IMG/VR virus record: IMGVR_UViG_3300045988_087663
Span: 1 to 54,646 of that record
Origin: a virus
Reading direction: 5' to 3' (one strand)
DNA length: 54,646 bases
Position numbers and translations under genes: made by a program. The notes beneath the pieces are model-generated. The model was not told where the DNA came from and ran no database searches. It saw only the letters and a list, made by a program, of their open reading frames with translations. Position 1 is the first letter of the stretch, and every line of letters starts with the position of its first letter. Below, in pieces: positions 7,908 to 16,804 of this stretch.

Positions 7908-7979
7908 AGCCCTATAGCCAAAAGGTAAGGCACAGGACTTTGACTCCTGCATTTACCGGTTCGACTCCAACTAGGGCTG
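7908..7979 (+). tRNA. tRNA-Gln(UUG)-like gene with a degenerate T-stem
   Basis: Acceptor AGCCCTA/TAGGGCT. Anticodon stem CAGGA/TCCTG with loop CTTTGAC (anticodon TTG 7940-7942). T-loop TTCGACT, but the T-stem ACCGG/CCAAC has only 2 Watson-Crick pairs. Confidence 0.5.
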
Positions 7980-8076
7980 TTATACCCTGGCAGACAAAAA
8001 GAAAAAAGCTCCTAGATATAGAAAATGCGGTGATTGGGGTATGAGACAGGAATAAAGCTGGGAATACTGTCACAAT

Positions 8077-8150
8077 GGAAGATTAGCTCAGCAGGTGAGA
8101 GCATCCGGCTCATAACCGGACGGTCATAGGTTCAAATCCTATATCTTCCA
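8077..8150 (+). tRNA. tRNA with CAU anticodon (Met, or Ile2 if lysidinylated)
   Basis: Acceptor GGAAGAT/ATCTTCC, D-stem GCTC/GAGC, anticodon stem TCCGG/CCGGA with loop CTCATAA (CAT 8111-8113), T-arm ATAGG-TTCAAAT-CCTAT. No encoded CCA. Confidence 0.85.
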
Positions 8151-8211
8151 CTCATAGAATATAGCTTCTGTGAAAAACTAAAACAACTAAAAAAGAAAGG
8201 AAAAAAGAATT

Positions 8212-8892
8212 ATGGGAAGAATTAACTATGAAGATGTAGATAAGTATGGAAACAATTCAGATACGGAATTTCTGAAGCTGGAAAATGATGGAGACTGTGC
8301 TACAGTGCAAATCATGGCACATGATATGGAGGACATTGACATTTTTAATTGTCATGAGGTGCAGGTCGGCTATTATGACAATGGTAATGCAAAAACAAGA
8401 CCAGTATCTTGTTTGAGAAACTATGATGATCCTTTGGATGTTTGCCCCCTTTGTGAAGCAGGGATGAAACAAAAAGTGGTAATGATGCTGGCTATGGTCG
8501 ATCAGGAAGATGGAAAGATCAAAATTTGGAATCGAGGAAAGACTTTTATCCCAAAGGTTAAGAATCTGATTAACCGTTGGGGAGATATGACGGAGCGTCC
8601 AGTGGATATTATAAGAAACGGCAGAAAAGGGGATAAAAAAACAACTTACAATATTCAGATTTCACCGGAAGAACCGATTGATATTAGCCAGTACGAAAAG
8701 CCGGAATTTTTAGGTGGGTATATCATGGATAAGACGGCGGATGAAATGCAGGAATATCTTGATACAGGATGTTTTCCTGATGCAGATAATAACGATAATG
8801 AAGATAATACACAAGTAAGACGCAGAAACACGGAACCACTTCCATCAAGAAGAGGAGCAAGCAGAGCAACAAGCAGACGAGCTGGTATGTAG
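8212..8892 (+). CDS. Putative ssDNA-binding protein (T4 gp32-like zinc site)
   Basis: H-x18-C-x10-C-x2-C (NCHEV..VSCLRNYDDPLDVCPLCEAG) resembles the gp32 His/Cys3 site. Immediately upstream of the polymerase. Confidence 0.45.
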   Translation: MGRINYEDVDKYGNNSDTEFLKLENDGDCATVQIMAHDMEDIDIFNCHEVQVGYYDNGNAKTRPVSCLRNYDDPLDVCPLCEAGMKQKVVMMLAMVDQEDGKIKIWNRGKTFIPKVKNLINRWGDMTERPVDIIRNGRKGDKKTTYNIQISPEEPIDISQYEKPEFLGGYIMDKTADEMQEYLDTGCFPDADNNDNEDNTQVRRRNTEPLPSRRGASRATSRRAGM

Positions 8893-8901
8893 GAGGATTA
8901 T

Positions 8902-11256
8902 ATGGCATTATCATTTGCAAGACCAAAAAGCAATGATAAGAATATAATCAAAAAATCCAAAACAGTAACAACAAGAACAAGTATTAAGAGCGGCGGAAAT
9001 AATCTAGCCGCTCAAATACAATCTATAGTTGCTATTGCTAATCAAAAATTAGCAGTACATAAGGATGATTATATTCTTATCAGAGAGCCCGACCAACTAT
9101 ATGAATATATGAAAGAAATGAAGCGAGTTGGGGAGGGTGCCTTAGATACAGAAACAACAGGATTAAATCCGTTACTTGTAGATATAGTTGGAGGCTGTAT
9201 TTATACACCAGGACAAAAAGCGGCATATATTCCAATCAATCATAAATCGTATATCACAGGTGTACGAACAAAGGAACAGATGGATGAGGAAACTGTTTCA
9301 AAGATTATGAAAGAGTTCTACAAGGATATTAGATGGATTTTTCATAATGCAAAATATGATATCCGGGTATGTAGAAAGACACTTGGAATTGATTTCAAGC
9401 CTTATTGGGATACAATGTTAGCGGCATACTGTATAGACGAAGAAGAAAGTCACAGACTGAAAGATTTGCACCTTAAATACTGCAATAGCAAAGATACAGA
9501 ATCTTTGACATTTGATACATTATTTAATGGTGTTACTTTCGATATGATACCAATATCCACAGCATATTTGTATGCGGCAGGTGACGCCATAAAGACATAT
9601 GAATTATATGAGTACCAAAAAACATTATTAAATAGAAGGGTTTTATCCGGCCCTTATAATGTGTTTTGGAATATTGAAATGCCACTTATTCCAGTTGTAG
9701 CAGATATGGAAGATAGAGGAGTATGTCTTGATTTTGATGTATGTAAAAATCTACATGAAAAATATCATAAGATAAGAGAAGAAAGACAAAAGCAAGCTGA
9801 TGAAGCCTTGGCAATGTATAAAGATGAAATTGATAATTATAGAATGGGTTCAACTTATGCTAATACTTACCCAGACGGTTCAACTGAATATTCAAATTCA
9901 CAAACAAGCAAGGGTAAAAAATGGGGACATACAAAAGTATTCAGTAACGCCAGTAAGCTATCTGACCCTATATCATTATCAAGTCCAACTCAGCTTGCAA
10001 TATTATTCTATGATATTTTAGGATTGGAAAGTCCGGATAAAAAAGCACCTAGAGGAACTGGTGAGGATATTTTAAAACACTTTGCACAAGGGAAAGAAAA
10101 GAATCTATGCGAAGCTATTTTAGGAATGAGAAATGTTGATAAGCTTCTTGGAACATATATTGACAAAATGCCTGATATAGCTCTTAAAGATGGAAGGGTT
10201 CATGCAAGTTATAATCAATATGGTGCAAAAACTGGTAGATTTAGTTCTCAGGACCCGAACCTACAGAATATCCCCTCGCACAACAAAGAGATTAGACAGA
10301 TGTTCAAAGCTCAAGATGGGTATGTACTTATAGGGTCTGATTTTAGCCAGCAGGAGCCAATGGTAACCGCTCATTTATCTGATGATAAAAAAATGCAAGA
10401 AGCATTTATAAATGGCAAGGATATATATGCAACAATTGCCGCACTTGCATTTCATAAAAAATATGAAGAGTGTAAAGAGTTTCGAGAAGATGGTACAGTA
10501 AACCCGGAGGGTAAGGAAAGAAGAACACAAGCTAAAAGCATAGTTCTTGGAATTTTGTATGGAAGACAAATCCCATCTATTGCGGAACAGCTTGGAGTAT
10601 CTACTAAGGAAGCACAAGCCATATATGATAAGGTTATAGCTTCATTCCCAGCACTTGGAAAGTTTATTGAAGATTCACAAGAAATGGCAAGAACTGAAGG
10701 ATATGTAACTACTGCATGGGGTAGACGTAGACACTTGAAAGATATGCAGTTAGAACGATATGAATTTTCCTATAGCGGAAAAGTAACTAACTTCGACCCT
10801 CTGGCATTTGGAAGTGAAGTATCAACAGAAGTTCCAAAAAAAGTAAAGGACAATTATATCAAACAGCTTGATAAGGCGTTTGGCTGGAAAAAGAAAAACG
10901 ATATAATTCAAAAAGCTTTATCAGAAGGAATTAAAATCAAAGACAATGGAGGATTTATAGCACAGGCGGAAAGACAATGCGTAAATGCTAGAGTTCAAGG
11001 TTCAGCGGCAGATATAACAAAGCTTGCTATGATTGCTATAAATAATGATGAAAGAATGAAAGAGCTTGATTTCCATTTGCTTATACAAGTACATGACGAG
11101 GTAATAGGAGAATGTCCTATTGAAAATGCAAAGGAAGCAGGAGAAAGACTTTCATATCTTATGAGAACAGCACCTAGTCATTTGATTAAACTTCCGTTCA
11201 AGTGTGATGTTGATTTCATGAAAAATTGGTATGGTGAAGAAGTTGAAATAAATTAA
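8902..11256 (+). CDS. polA: Family A DNA polymerase with 3'-5' exonuclease domain
   Basis: ExoI DTETTGL. Motif A SDFSQQEP, motif B RRTQAKSIVLGILYG, motif C IQVHDEVI. Confidence 0.9.
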   Translation: MALSFARPKSNDKNIIKKSKTVTTRTSIKSGGNNLAAQIQSIVAIANQKLAVHKDDYILIREPDQLYEYMKEMKRVGEGALDTETTGLNPLLVDIVGGCIYTPGQKAAYIPINHKSYITGVRTKEQMDEETVSKIMKEFYKDIRWIFHNAKYDIRVCRKTLGIDFKPYWDTMLAAYCIDEEESHRLKDLHLKYCNSKDTESLTFDTLFNGVTFDMIPISTAYLYAAGDAIKTYELYEYQKTLLNRRVLSGPYNVFWNIEMPLIPVVADMEDRGVCLDFDVCKNLHEKYHKIREERQKQADEALAMYKDEIDNYRMGSTYANTYPDGSTEYSNSQTSKGKKWGHTKVFSNASKLSDPISLSSPTQLAILFYDILGLESPDKKAPRGTGEDILKHFAQGKEKNLCEAILGMRNVDKLLGTYIDKMPDIALKDGRVHASYNQYGAKTGRFSSQDPNLQNIPSHNKEIRQMFKAQDGYVLIGSDFSQQEPMVTAHLSDDKKMQEAFINGKDIYATIAALAFHKKYEECKEFREDGTVNPEGKERRTQAKSIVLGILYGRQIPSIAEQLGVSTKEAQAIYDKVIASFPALGKFIEDSQEMARTEGYVTTAWGRRRHLKDMQLERYEFSYSGKVTNFDPLAFGSEVSTEVPKKVKDNYIKQLDKAFGWKKKNDIIQKALSEGIKIKDNGGFIAQAERQCVNARVQGSAADITKLAMIAINNDERMKELDFHLLIQVHDEVIGECPIENAKEAGERLSYLMRTAPSHLIKLPFKCDVDFMKNWYGEEVEIN

Positions 11257-11275
11257 GAAAATTTGAAATTTCCTA

Positions 11276-11304
11276 TTGCAATCTTCCTTTTTATGTGTTA
11301 CAAT
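11276..11304 (+). promoter_or_regulatory. Repeated-cassette promoter (TTGCAA-17-TGtTACAAT)
   Basis: -35 11276-11281, -10 11299-11304. GTTAAAGATAACAG 11313-11326 lies 9 nt downstream. Confidence 0.75.
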
Positions 11305-11351
11305 ACAAATATGTTAAAGATAACAGATACATAAAAAGGAGGATACATATT

Positions 11352-11714
11352 ATGAGCATAGAAAAATTAGAATCAATGAAGGGTTCAGAGTTAATTGCAT
11401 ACGCTGACAAGTTAGGAGTGAAGGTAAACTGTAACAAGGAAAGAACTGGATTAAAAGAATCAAAGGCAAAGGCTATTGATAAGATTGTAGCTTTTGAAAA
11501 AGAACATCCCACTAAAAAGGAAACGTCAAAAAAAGAAAATATTAAACATACCTTTATTCTTCCGGATTGTTTTATAAGTAATAGTAAATATTATGATAGT
11601 GTAAACTGTTATAAAATTAAAAAGATAAAAAGACTGTGGCTGAAATTTATCCACAAAGAAAGTCAATATGTGTTTATGTCAGAAAAGAAACTGACACAAC
11701 AGGATATAATGTAG
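11352..11714 (+). CDS. Hypothetical protein with Rho-N/SAP-like N-terminal motif
   Basis: ATG 11352 after AAAGGAGG. LESMKGSELIAYADKLGVKV resembles Rho N-terminal/SAP helix-extended-helix. Confidence 0.5.
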   Translation: MSIEKLESMKGSELIAYADKLGVKVNCNKERTGLKESKAKAIDKIVAFEKEHPTKKETSKKENIKHTFILPDCFISNSKYYDSVNCYKIKKIKRLWLKFIHKESQYVFMSEKKLTQQDIM

Positions 11715-11795
11715 TAAAGAATGATTATAAATATTATTTACCTGTTAAAGTAACCATTCCATATGAAGATATTAAAAGATTGGAGGAGCTTATCT

Positions 11796-12539
11796 ATGAG
11801 CGTTAATAATATATCAAAAATAATGCAATATGTGGAGCCCATTGCGAGGGCTCCAGTAGTTATTGATGGTACGGTATATGATAATCAAGCAGTATCTATA
11901 AAATTGAACAAGAATTTTTTACTATCGGACAGTTGTGATATGTGCGGAAAGTGTTGTATAAATGAAGCCAATATATTCACAAAATCTGAAATGAAGAACA
12001 TTATAGATATTGATTATGTCGAATATGAAAAATGGAACCTTGATACCTCTGTACCTGAATTACTAAAAAATGAAATACAAGAAATCATTGTAAATATAAA
12101 CGGAAATAATATTCCTATATATAAGGTGAGCAAAAAACATAACTATAAAGATATTCCAGATAGAGGTAATTTAGATAGATGTAGATGGTTGGTTCAGAAA
12201 TCTGAAACATTATTTGTGTGTGGGATTCACCCTGTGGTTAGTATAACTTGTGATATGCCTCATTTAAGATTTTTCTTTAATAGAAAAACTAAACATCTTT
12301 CATTAGGAGTTGCAGAATATGGTAGAAACTGGGCATTAAAATGTCCAGCAAAATTTGACAAAACAAGGGTAGATTTTAAGTTATCGAAGTTATACCATTT
12401 ACAAAGAGTATGTGACGATTTAAAAATAGACACAAGACTTCCAGAAATAATATCATATATAAAGAAAATGACACCAAATAATTATATGTCGATGTTGGAT
12501 GTAGATATACTTAATACAAGTAGTAGGAGGTTATTTTAA
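11796..12539 (+). CDS. YkgJ-like CxxCxxCC cysteine-cluster (Zn/Fe-chelating) protein with ..SRRLF tail
   Basis: CDMCGKCC motif plus downstream Cys/His residues. ATG 11796 lies 9 nt after GGAGG. Stop overlaps the dpdA start (TAATG). Confidence 0.6.
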   Translation: MSVNNISKIMQYVEPIARAPVVIDGTVYDNQAVSIKLNKNFLLSDSCDMCGKCCINEANIFTKSEMKNIIDIDYVEYEKWNLDTSVPELLKNEIQEIIVNINGNNIPIYKVSKKHNYKDIPDRGNLDRCRWLVQKSETLFVCGIHPVVSITCDMPHLRFFFNRKTKHLSLGVAEYGRNWALKCPAKFDKTRVDFKLSKLYHLQRVCDDLKIDTRLPEIISYIKKMTPNNYMSMLDVDILNTSSRRLF

Positions 12540-13459
12540 TGTCATTCGATTTATATTTTGCATCAAGCGGAAACAAAGATATGGAGCTATTGTTGGAAAA
12601 AAAGCATTGTAACCGATTATTCACACAGCTTGAAAAATCATCTATAAAGAGATGTATTGAAATGAAAACGAGAAGGAATCCATCAAAGTTATTTATAGAT
12701 TCAGGTGCATTTACATCATGGACAAAAGGAATATCAGTTGATGTGGACAGTTATATTGATTATATAAATAATCTTGACGATAAAATAACAATATGTGCTC
12801 AGGTAGATTGTATTCCGGGTACATTTGGTAGAGTAAGAACACAAAAAGAAATTGAAGAATCTCCTATTAAAAGTTGGGAAAATTATCTGTATATGAAAGA
12901 CAAATTAAAATCGAGGGATAAATTGATTCCTATATTTCATCAAGAGGAAAGTTTTGAACATTTGAAAAAAATGCTTGAATATAGACATTTAGACGGAAAA
13001 CCAATTGCATATATAGGAATATCACCTAGTAATGATAGGTCACAAGCGGATAAGGAAGATTTTATTGCAAGAAGTTTTTATATCATAAAACATAGCTCAA
13101 ACCCAAATGTAAAAACTCATGCGTTTGGTATGACAAACCTATCCATATTAGAGAGGTACCCTTATACATCTGCTGACAGTACATCATGGAAAATGTCCGC
13201 GGCATTTGGTAGCATAATGACAAGATTCGGAACAATAGTAATAAGTTCTGAACAGCTTAAAGATAAAAAACATATTGAATATATGCCCTCAACTGTTAAG
13301 GAGTATGTGAAGTCGGAATGCTTGAAATATGGGATTGATTATGATATGTTATACACTGATTTTGGTACAAGAGCAAAATTTAATATAAATTATCTCAAGG
13401 ACTGGGCAGATAATTATGAGTATAAGCCTGTTACAGTTCATAAGAGATCACTATTTTAA
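12539..13459 (+). CDS. dpdA: DpdA-like DNA (7-deazaguanine) transglycosylase, TGT superfamily, with ..KRSLF tail
   Basis: LFIDSGAFTSW (compare TGT DSGGFQ catalytic Asp motif). HAFGMTNLSILERYPYTSADSTSW (compare TGT G-x-D-M-F-D region). Adjacent to yhhQ. Confidence 0.7.
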   Translation: MSFDLYFASSGNKDMELLLEKKHCNRLFTQLEKSSIKRCIEMKTRRNPSKLFIDSGAFTSWTKGISVDVDSYIDYINNLDDKITICAQVDCIPGTFGRVRTQKEIEESPIKSWENYLYMKDKLKSRDKLIPIFHQEESFEHLKKMLEYRHLDGKPIAYIGISPSNDRSQADKEDFIARSFYIIKHSSNPNVKTHAFGMTNLSILERYPYTSADSTSWKMSAAFGSIMTRFGTIVISSEQLKDKKHIEYMPSTVKEYVKSECLKYGIDYDMLYTDFGTRAKFNINYLKDWADNYEYKPVTVHKRSLF

Positions 13460-13467
13460 ATTGGTTA

Positions 13468-13506
13468 TAAGGTGCTGTTTTGTAAGCTTCTGACACCCAG
13501 CACCTT
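13468..13506 (+). promoter_or_regulatory. Hairpin followed by an A-rich tail and SD, upstream of yhhQ (candidate regulatory RNA)
   Basis: Stem AAGGTGCTG 13469-13477 / CAGCACCTT 13498-13506 with a 20-nt loop ending ..CUGACACC. A-rich tail runs to AAAGGAG 13527-13533. Confidence 0.4.
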
Positions 13507-13542
13507 TATAATAAATATTAAAAATAAAGGAGTGTTGTAAAA

Positions 13543-14178
13543 ATGAACAACAAAAAAGTATCAAGTATCTTATTAACCCTATGCGTGGTATTTGTATCAT
13601 GTATTATTATGAGTAATGTCTTGGCAAATGAAACTTTACAAGTGTATAAGTGGAGTTTAGATGCGGGCATATTTTTATTTCCAATAACCTATATATTATC
13701 CGATATTTTTTCAGAAGTATATGGTTACAAATGGTCAAGACGTGTCACATGGATGGCAGTAACATTGAATTTAATATTTTCATTGCTTATAATCTTGGCT
13801 TGTAAATTACCTCACCCTATTTGGTTTGATGGTTCGCATTTTGAATTAGCACTATGTGGTTCTTTTAGAATTGTTCTTGCAAGTGCTATTTCTTATCAGT
13901 TCGGAGATTTGATAAACGATATTATATTTAAGAATATGAAAAGAAATCATTCAGATTCAAAGGGATTTATCATGCGAGCTATATTATCATCATTAGGGGG
14001 GGAATGTGTAGATTCGGCACTATTTGTTATGATAGCATTTTTAGGGACAATGCCATTTTCTGAAATTTTCCCTATGATTATGATGAATATTATCTGTAAA
14101 ACCGGTTATGAAGTTATGATTTGCCCATTGACAAATATAATAATGAAAAAAATTAAAAAATTAGAGGATGCCAAATGA
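13543..14178 (+). CDS. yhhQ: Queuosine-precursor (preQ0/preQ1) transporter, YhhQ/VUT family
   Basis: Polytopic membrane protein. FPITYILSDIFSEVYGYKWSRRV and SYQFGDLINDIIF match YhhQ-family hallmarks. Confidence 0.75.
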   Translation: MNNKKVSSILLTLCVVFVSCIIMSNVLANETLQVYKWSLDAGIFLFPITYILSDIFSEVYGYKWSRRVTWMAVTLNLIFSLLIILACKLPHPIWFDGSHFELALCGSFRIVLASAISYQFGDLINDIIFKNMKRNHSDSKGFIMRAILSSLGGECVDSALFVMIAFLGTMPFSEIFPMIMMNIICKTGYEVMICPLTNIIMKKIKKLEDAK

Positions 14179-14462
14179 TAAAGATTTATATATCTGGTAA
14201 AATAACAGGAACAACAGATTATATACAGAGATTTGAGAGAGCAGAAAAAGCTCTCTCAAATTATATAGTAATCAACCCGGCTAAAGTAAACGCACAACTT
14301 CCGGTGGAAACAACATGGAAAGAATATATGCAGATGTCAATGACAATGCTTAAAATGTGCAATGCTATTTATATGCTGAAAGGTTGGGAAGATAGTAAAG
14401 GAGCAAGATCAGAATATAATTATGCAGTAGAAAATAATTATAAAATAATTTTTGAAAAGTAG
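14175..14462 (+). CDS. DUF4406 / nucleoside 2-deoxyribosyltransferase-like protein
   Basis: MIKIYISGKITG...VINPAK...WKEYMQMSMTMLKMCNAIYMLKGWEDSKGARSEY matches the DUF4406 pattern. ATGA overlap with yhhQ. Confidence 0.6.
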   Translation: MIKIYISGKITGTTDYIQRFERAEKALSNYIVINPAKVNAQLPVETTWKEYMQMSMTMLKMCNAIYMLKGWEDSKGARSEYNYAVENNYKIIFEK

Positions 14463-14491
14463 TTTACATTTTGTTTTTTATGTGTTACAAT
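14463..14491 (+). promoter_or_regulatory. Repeated-cassette promoter (TTTACA-17-TGtTACAAT)
   Basis: -35 14463-14468, -10 14486-14491. Begins directly after the stop of the preceding gene. Confidence 0.7.
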
Positions 14492-14522
14492 ATAAGAGAA
14501 ATAAACAGAAAGGAGAAAGACA

Positions 14523-15899
14523 TTGAATTATGATGAATTTCTAAAAACAAAAATAGAGCAATTCAAGCCATGCGGTTTTGATTGTGAACCTTCAAACGAA
14601 AATCTATTTGATTTTCAAAGAGCTATTGTAAAGATAGCACTTAAAAGAGGGAAATCTGCACTGTTTCTTGACACTGGACTGGGAAAAACTATATGCCAGT
14701 TATCATGGGCAGATGAAGTGTATAAGCACACTGGAAAGAATGTACTTATACTTGCCCCACTTGCTGTATCAGTTCAGACAAAAAGAGAGGGGGAAAAGTT
14801 CGGTATTGATGTAAATATTTGTAGAACGCAGAAAGATGTAAAAGACGGAATAAACATTACTAACTATGAAATGTTAGAACATTTTAATGCTGATGAATTT
14901 ATAGGAATTGTACTTGATGAAAGCTCAATACTAAAATCATTTTCCGGAAAGACTACAAAAGCATTGATTGAAAAGTTTAGAAAAACAGAATATAAACTTG
15001 CTTGTTCTGCCACTCCTGCTCCAAATGATTATGAAGAATTGGGTAATCACTCTGAATTTTTAGGAGTAATGACAAGAACAGAAATGCTTGCTACTTATTT
15101 TGTGCATGATGGTGGAAACACAAGTAAATGGAGATTGAAAGGTCACGCAGAAGAACAATTCTGGCATTGGGTATCAAGCTGGGCAAGCGTAATGAAAACT
15201 CCAGAAGATATAGGTTATAATGGAGATAAATATAAATTGCCTGCCTTGAATGTGCAAGTTGTAAAAGTAGCTGGAGAAACAAAGAGAGGAAAGCTGATTC
15301 CTAGTGTTGTAACAGATTTACAAGACAGAAGAGAAGCAAGAAAAGAAAGTCTTAATAAAAGAGTATCAAAGTGTGCAGAACTTATAAAATCTCACAATAT
15401 GGAAAATTGCTTGATTTGGTGTGATTTTAATGACGAAGGAAACGCACTTGAAAAAGCAATTCCAAACGCTGTGCAAGTTGCCGGTTCAGATACAAACGAA
15501 AATAAAGAAAAATCATTATTAGGATTTTCAACCGGTGATATAAAGTTTCTTGTAAGTAAGCCTAAAATTGCCGGATTTGGTATGAACTGGCAGAATTGTA
15601 ACAATATCATTTTCTGTGGCATATCAGATAGTTATGAAAAATACTATCAAGCTATAAGAAGATGTTACAGGTTCGGGCAGACAAAAGAAGTAAATGTATA
15701 CATTGTTATAAGTACAAGAGAATTGCCGGTTTATAACAATATACTTGAAAAAGGCAGACTTGCTGATGAAATGAATAAAAAAATGGTTGAAATTGCATCC
15801 AAGTATCTTGAAGATGAAATAAAGAACACAACAAGAATGGCGGATGAATATGATGCAGAAATAAAAATGAAACTACCAGAATGGGAGGAAATGAAATGA
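14523..15899 (+). CDS. SNF2/DEAD-like superfamily 2 helicase
   Basis: Motif I DTGLGKT, motif II LDESS, motif III SATPAPN, motif VI QAIRRCYRFGQ. TTG start 7 nt after AGGAG. Confidence 0.75.
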   Translation: MNYDEFLKTKIEQFKPCGFDCEPSNENLFDFQRAIVKIALKRGKSALFLDTGLGKTICQLSWADEVYKHTGKNVLILAPLAVSVQTKREGEKFGIDVNICRTQKDVKDGINITNYEMLEHFNADEFIGIVLDESSILKSFSGKTTKALIEKFRKTEYKLACSATPAPNDYEELGNHSEFLGVMTRTEMLATYFVHDGGNTSKWRLKGHAEEQFWHWVSSWASVMKTPEDIGYNGDKYKLPALNVQVVKVAGETKRGKLIPSVVTDLQDRREARKESLNKRVSKCAELIKSHNMENCLIWCDFNDEGNALEKAIPNAVQVAGSDTNENKEKSLLGFSTGDIKFLVSKPKIAGFGMNWQNCNNIIFCGISDSYEKYYQAIRRCYRFGQTKEVNVYIVISTRELPVYNNILEKGRLADEMNKKMVEIASKYLEDEIKNTTRMADEYDAEIKMKLPEWEEMK

Positions 15900-16792
15900 A
15901 AGGACAAAGTGCAGTAAATGTTGAAAATCAGTTAATCACAGATAAATATGCTTTATATAATGGTGATAGCTGTGAGATTATGAAAGGAATACCTGATAAT
16001 AGTATTCACTTTTCTATATTCTCTCCGCCTTTTGCAAGTCTTTATACCTACTCAAACAGTGATAGAGATTTGGGAAATTGTAGGACAACAACAGAATTTT
16101 ATGAACATTTCAAGTTCATAGTTTCTGAATTGTATAGAATTACAATGCCTGGAAGATTAGTAAGTTTTCATTGTATGAATTTGCCAACAAGCAAGGAAAG
16201 AGATGGTTTTATAGGCATTGAAGATTTTAGAGGATTGTTGATTAAGTTATTTCAGGATAGTGGATTTATTTATCACTCAGAAGTTTGCATTTGGAAAGAC
16301 CCAGTAATCGCAATGCAGAGAACAAAGGCACTTGGCTTATTGCATAAGCAGTTGAAAAAAGATAGTTGTATGAGCAGACAAGGTATTCCAGATTATCTTG
16401 TAACAATGAGAAAGCCAGGAGATAACCCAGAAAGATGTGAGCATACAAATGAAACATTCCCAGTCAGCAAATGGCAGAATTATGCAAGTCCAGTATGGAT
16501 GGATATAAATCCTAGTGATACTTTGCAAGCGAGAAGTGCAAGAGAAGAAAAGGACGAAAAGCATATATGCCCTTTACAGTTGCCAGTTATAGAAAGAGCT
16601 ATAGAGTTGTGGACTAACCCGAATGATATAGTATTTACTCCATTTTTAGGAATTGGCTCAGAATGTTATAAGGCAATAGAAATGGGCAGACGAGCAATGG
16701 GAATTGAACTCAAAAAGAGTTATTATGAGCAGGCTTGTAAAAATGTAGCAAGTGTGCCATTTAACAGTCGTTATAAAAAAGGATTATTTTAA
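15896..16792 (+). CDS. DNA N4/N6 methyltransferase (beta class) with ..YKKGLF tail
   Basis: Motif IV SPPF precedes the AdoMet motif FTPFLGIGSE. ATGA overlap with the helicase stop. GGAGG 7 nt upstream of ATG 15896. Confidence 0.8.
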   Translation: MKGQSAVNVENQLITDKYALYNGDSCEIMKGIPDNSIHFSIFSPPFASLYTYSNSDRDLGNCRTTTEFYEHFKFIVSELYRITMPGRLVSFHCMNLPTSKERDGFIGIEDFRGLLIKLFQDSGFIYHSEVCIWKDPVIAMQRTKALGLLHKQLKKDSCMSRQGIPDYLVTMRKPGDNPERCEHTNETFPVSKWQNYASPVWMDINPSDTLQARSAREEKDEKHICPLQLPVIERAIELWTNPNDIVFTPFLGIGSECYKAIEMGRRAMGIELKKSYYEQACKNVASVPFNSRYKKGLF

Positions 16793-16804
16793 GGAGGAAA
16801 CAAA

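Noticed and set aside
7980-8076. A third tRNA or structured RNA between the two tRNA genes
   Set aside because: There is only a 6-bp ATACCC/GGGTAT pairing with a 49-nt loop. No cloverleaf can be drawn.
9990-10010. QLAILF in the polymerase as an internal clamp-binding motif
   Set aside because: The S..QL...LF..LG segment is a conserved feature of family A polymerases in general (compare E. coli Pol I and Taq). It cannot be taken as a clamp-binding motif.
9800-10021. Alternative-frame + strand ORFs nested in larger genes (also 7126..7314, 17529..17744, 17982..18182, 23945..24214, 24488..24691, 48273..48455, 49649..49834)
   Set aside because: Each is fully contained in, or largely overlaps, a longer ORF with recognisable motifs or a better RBS. 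There is no independent translation signal.
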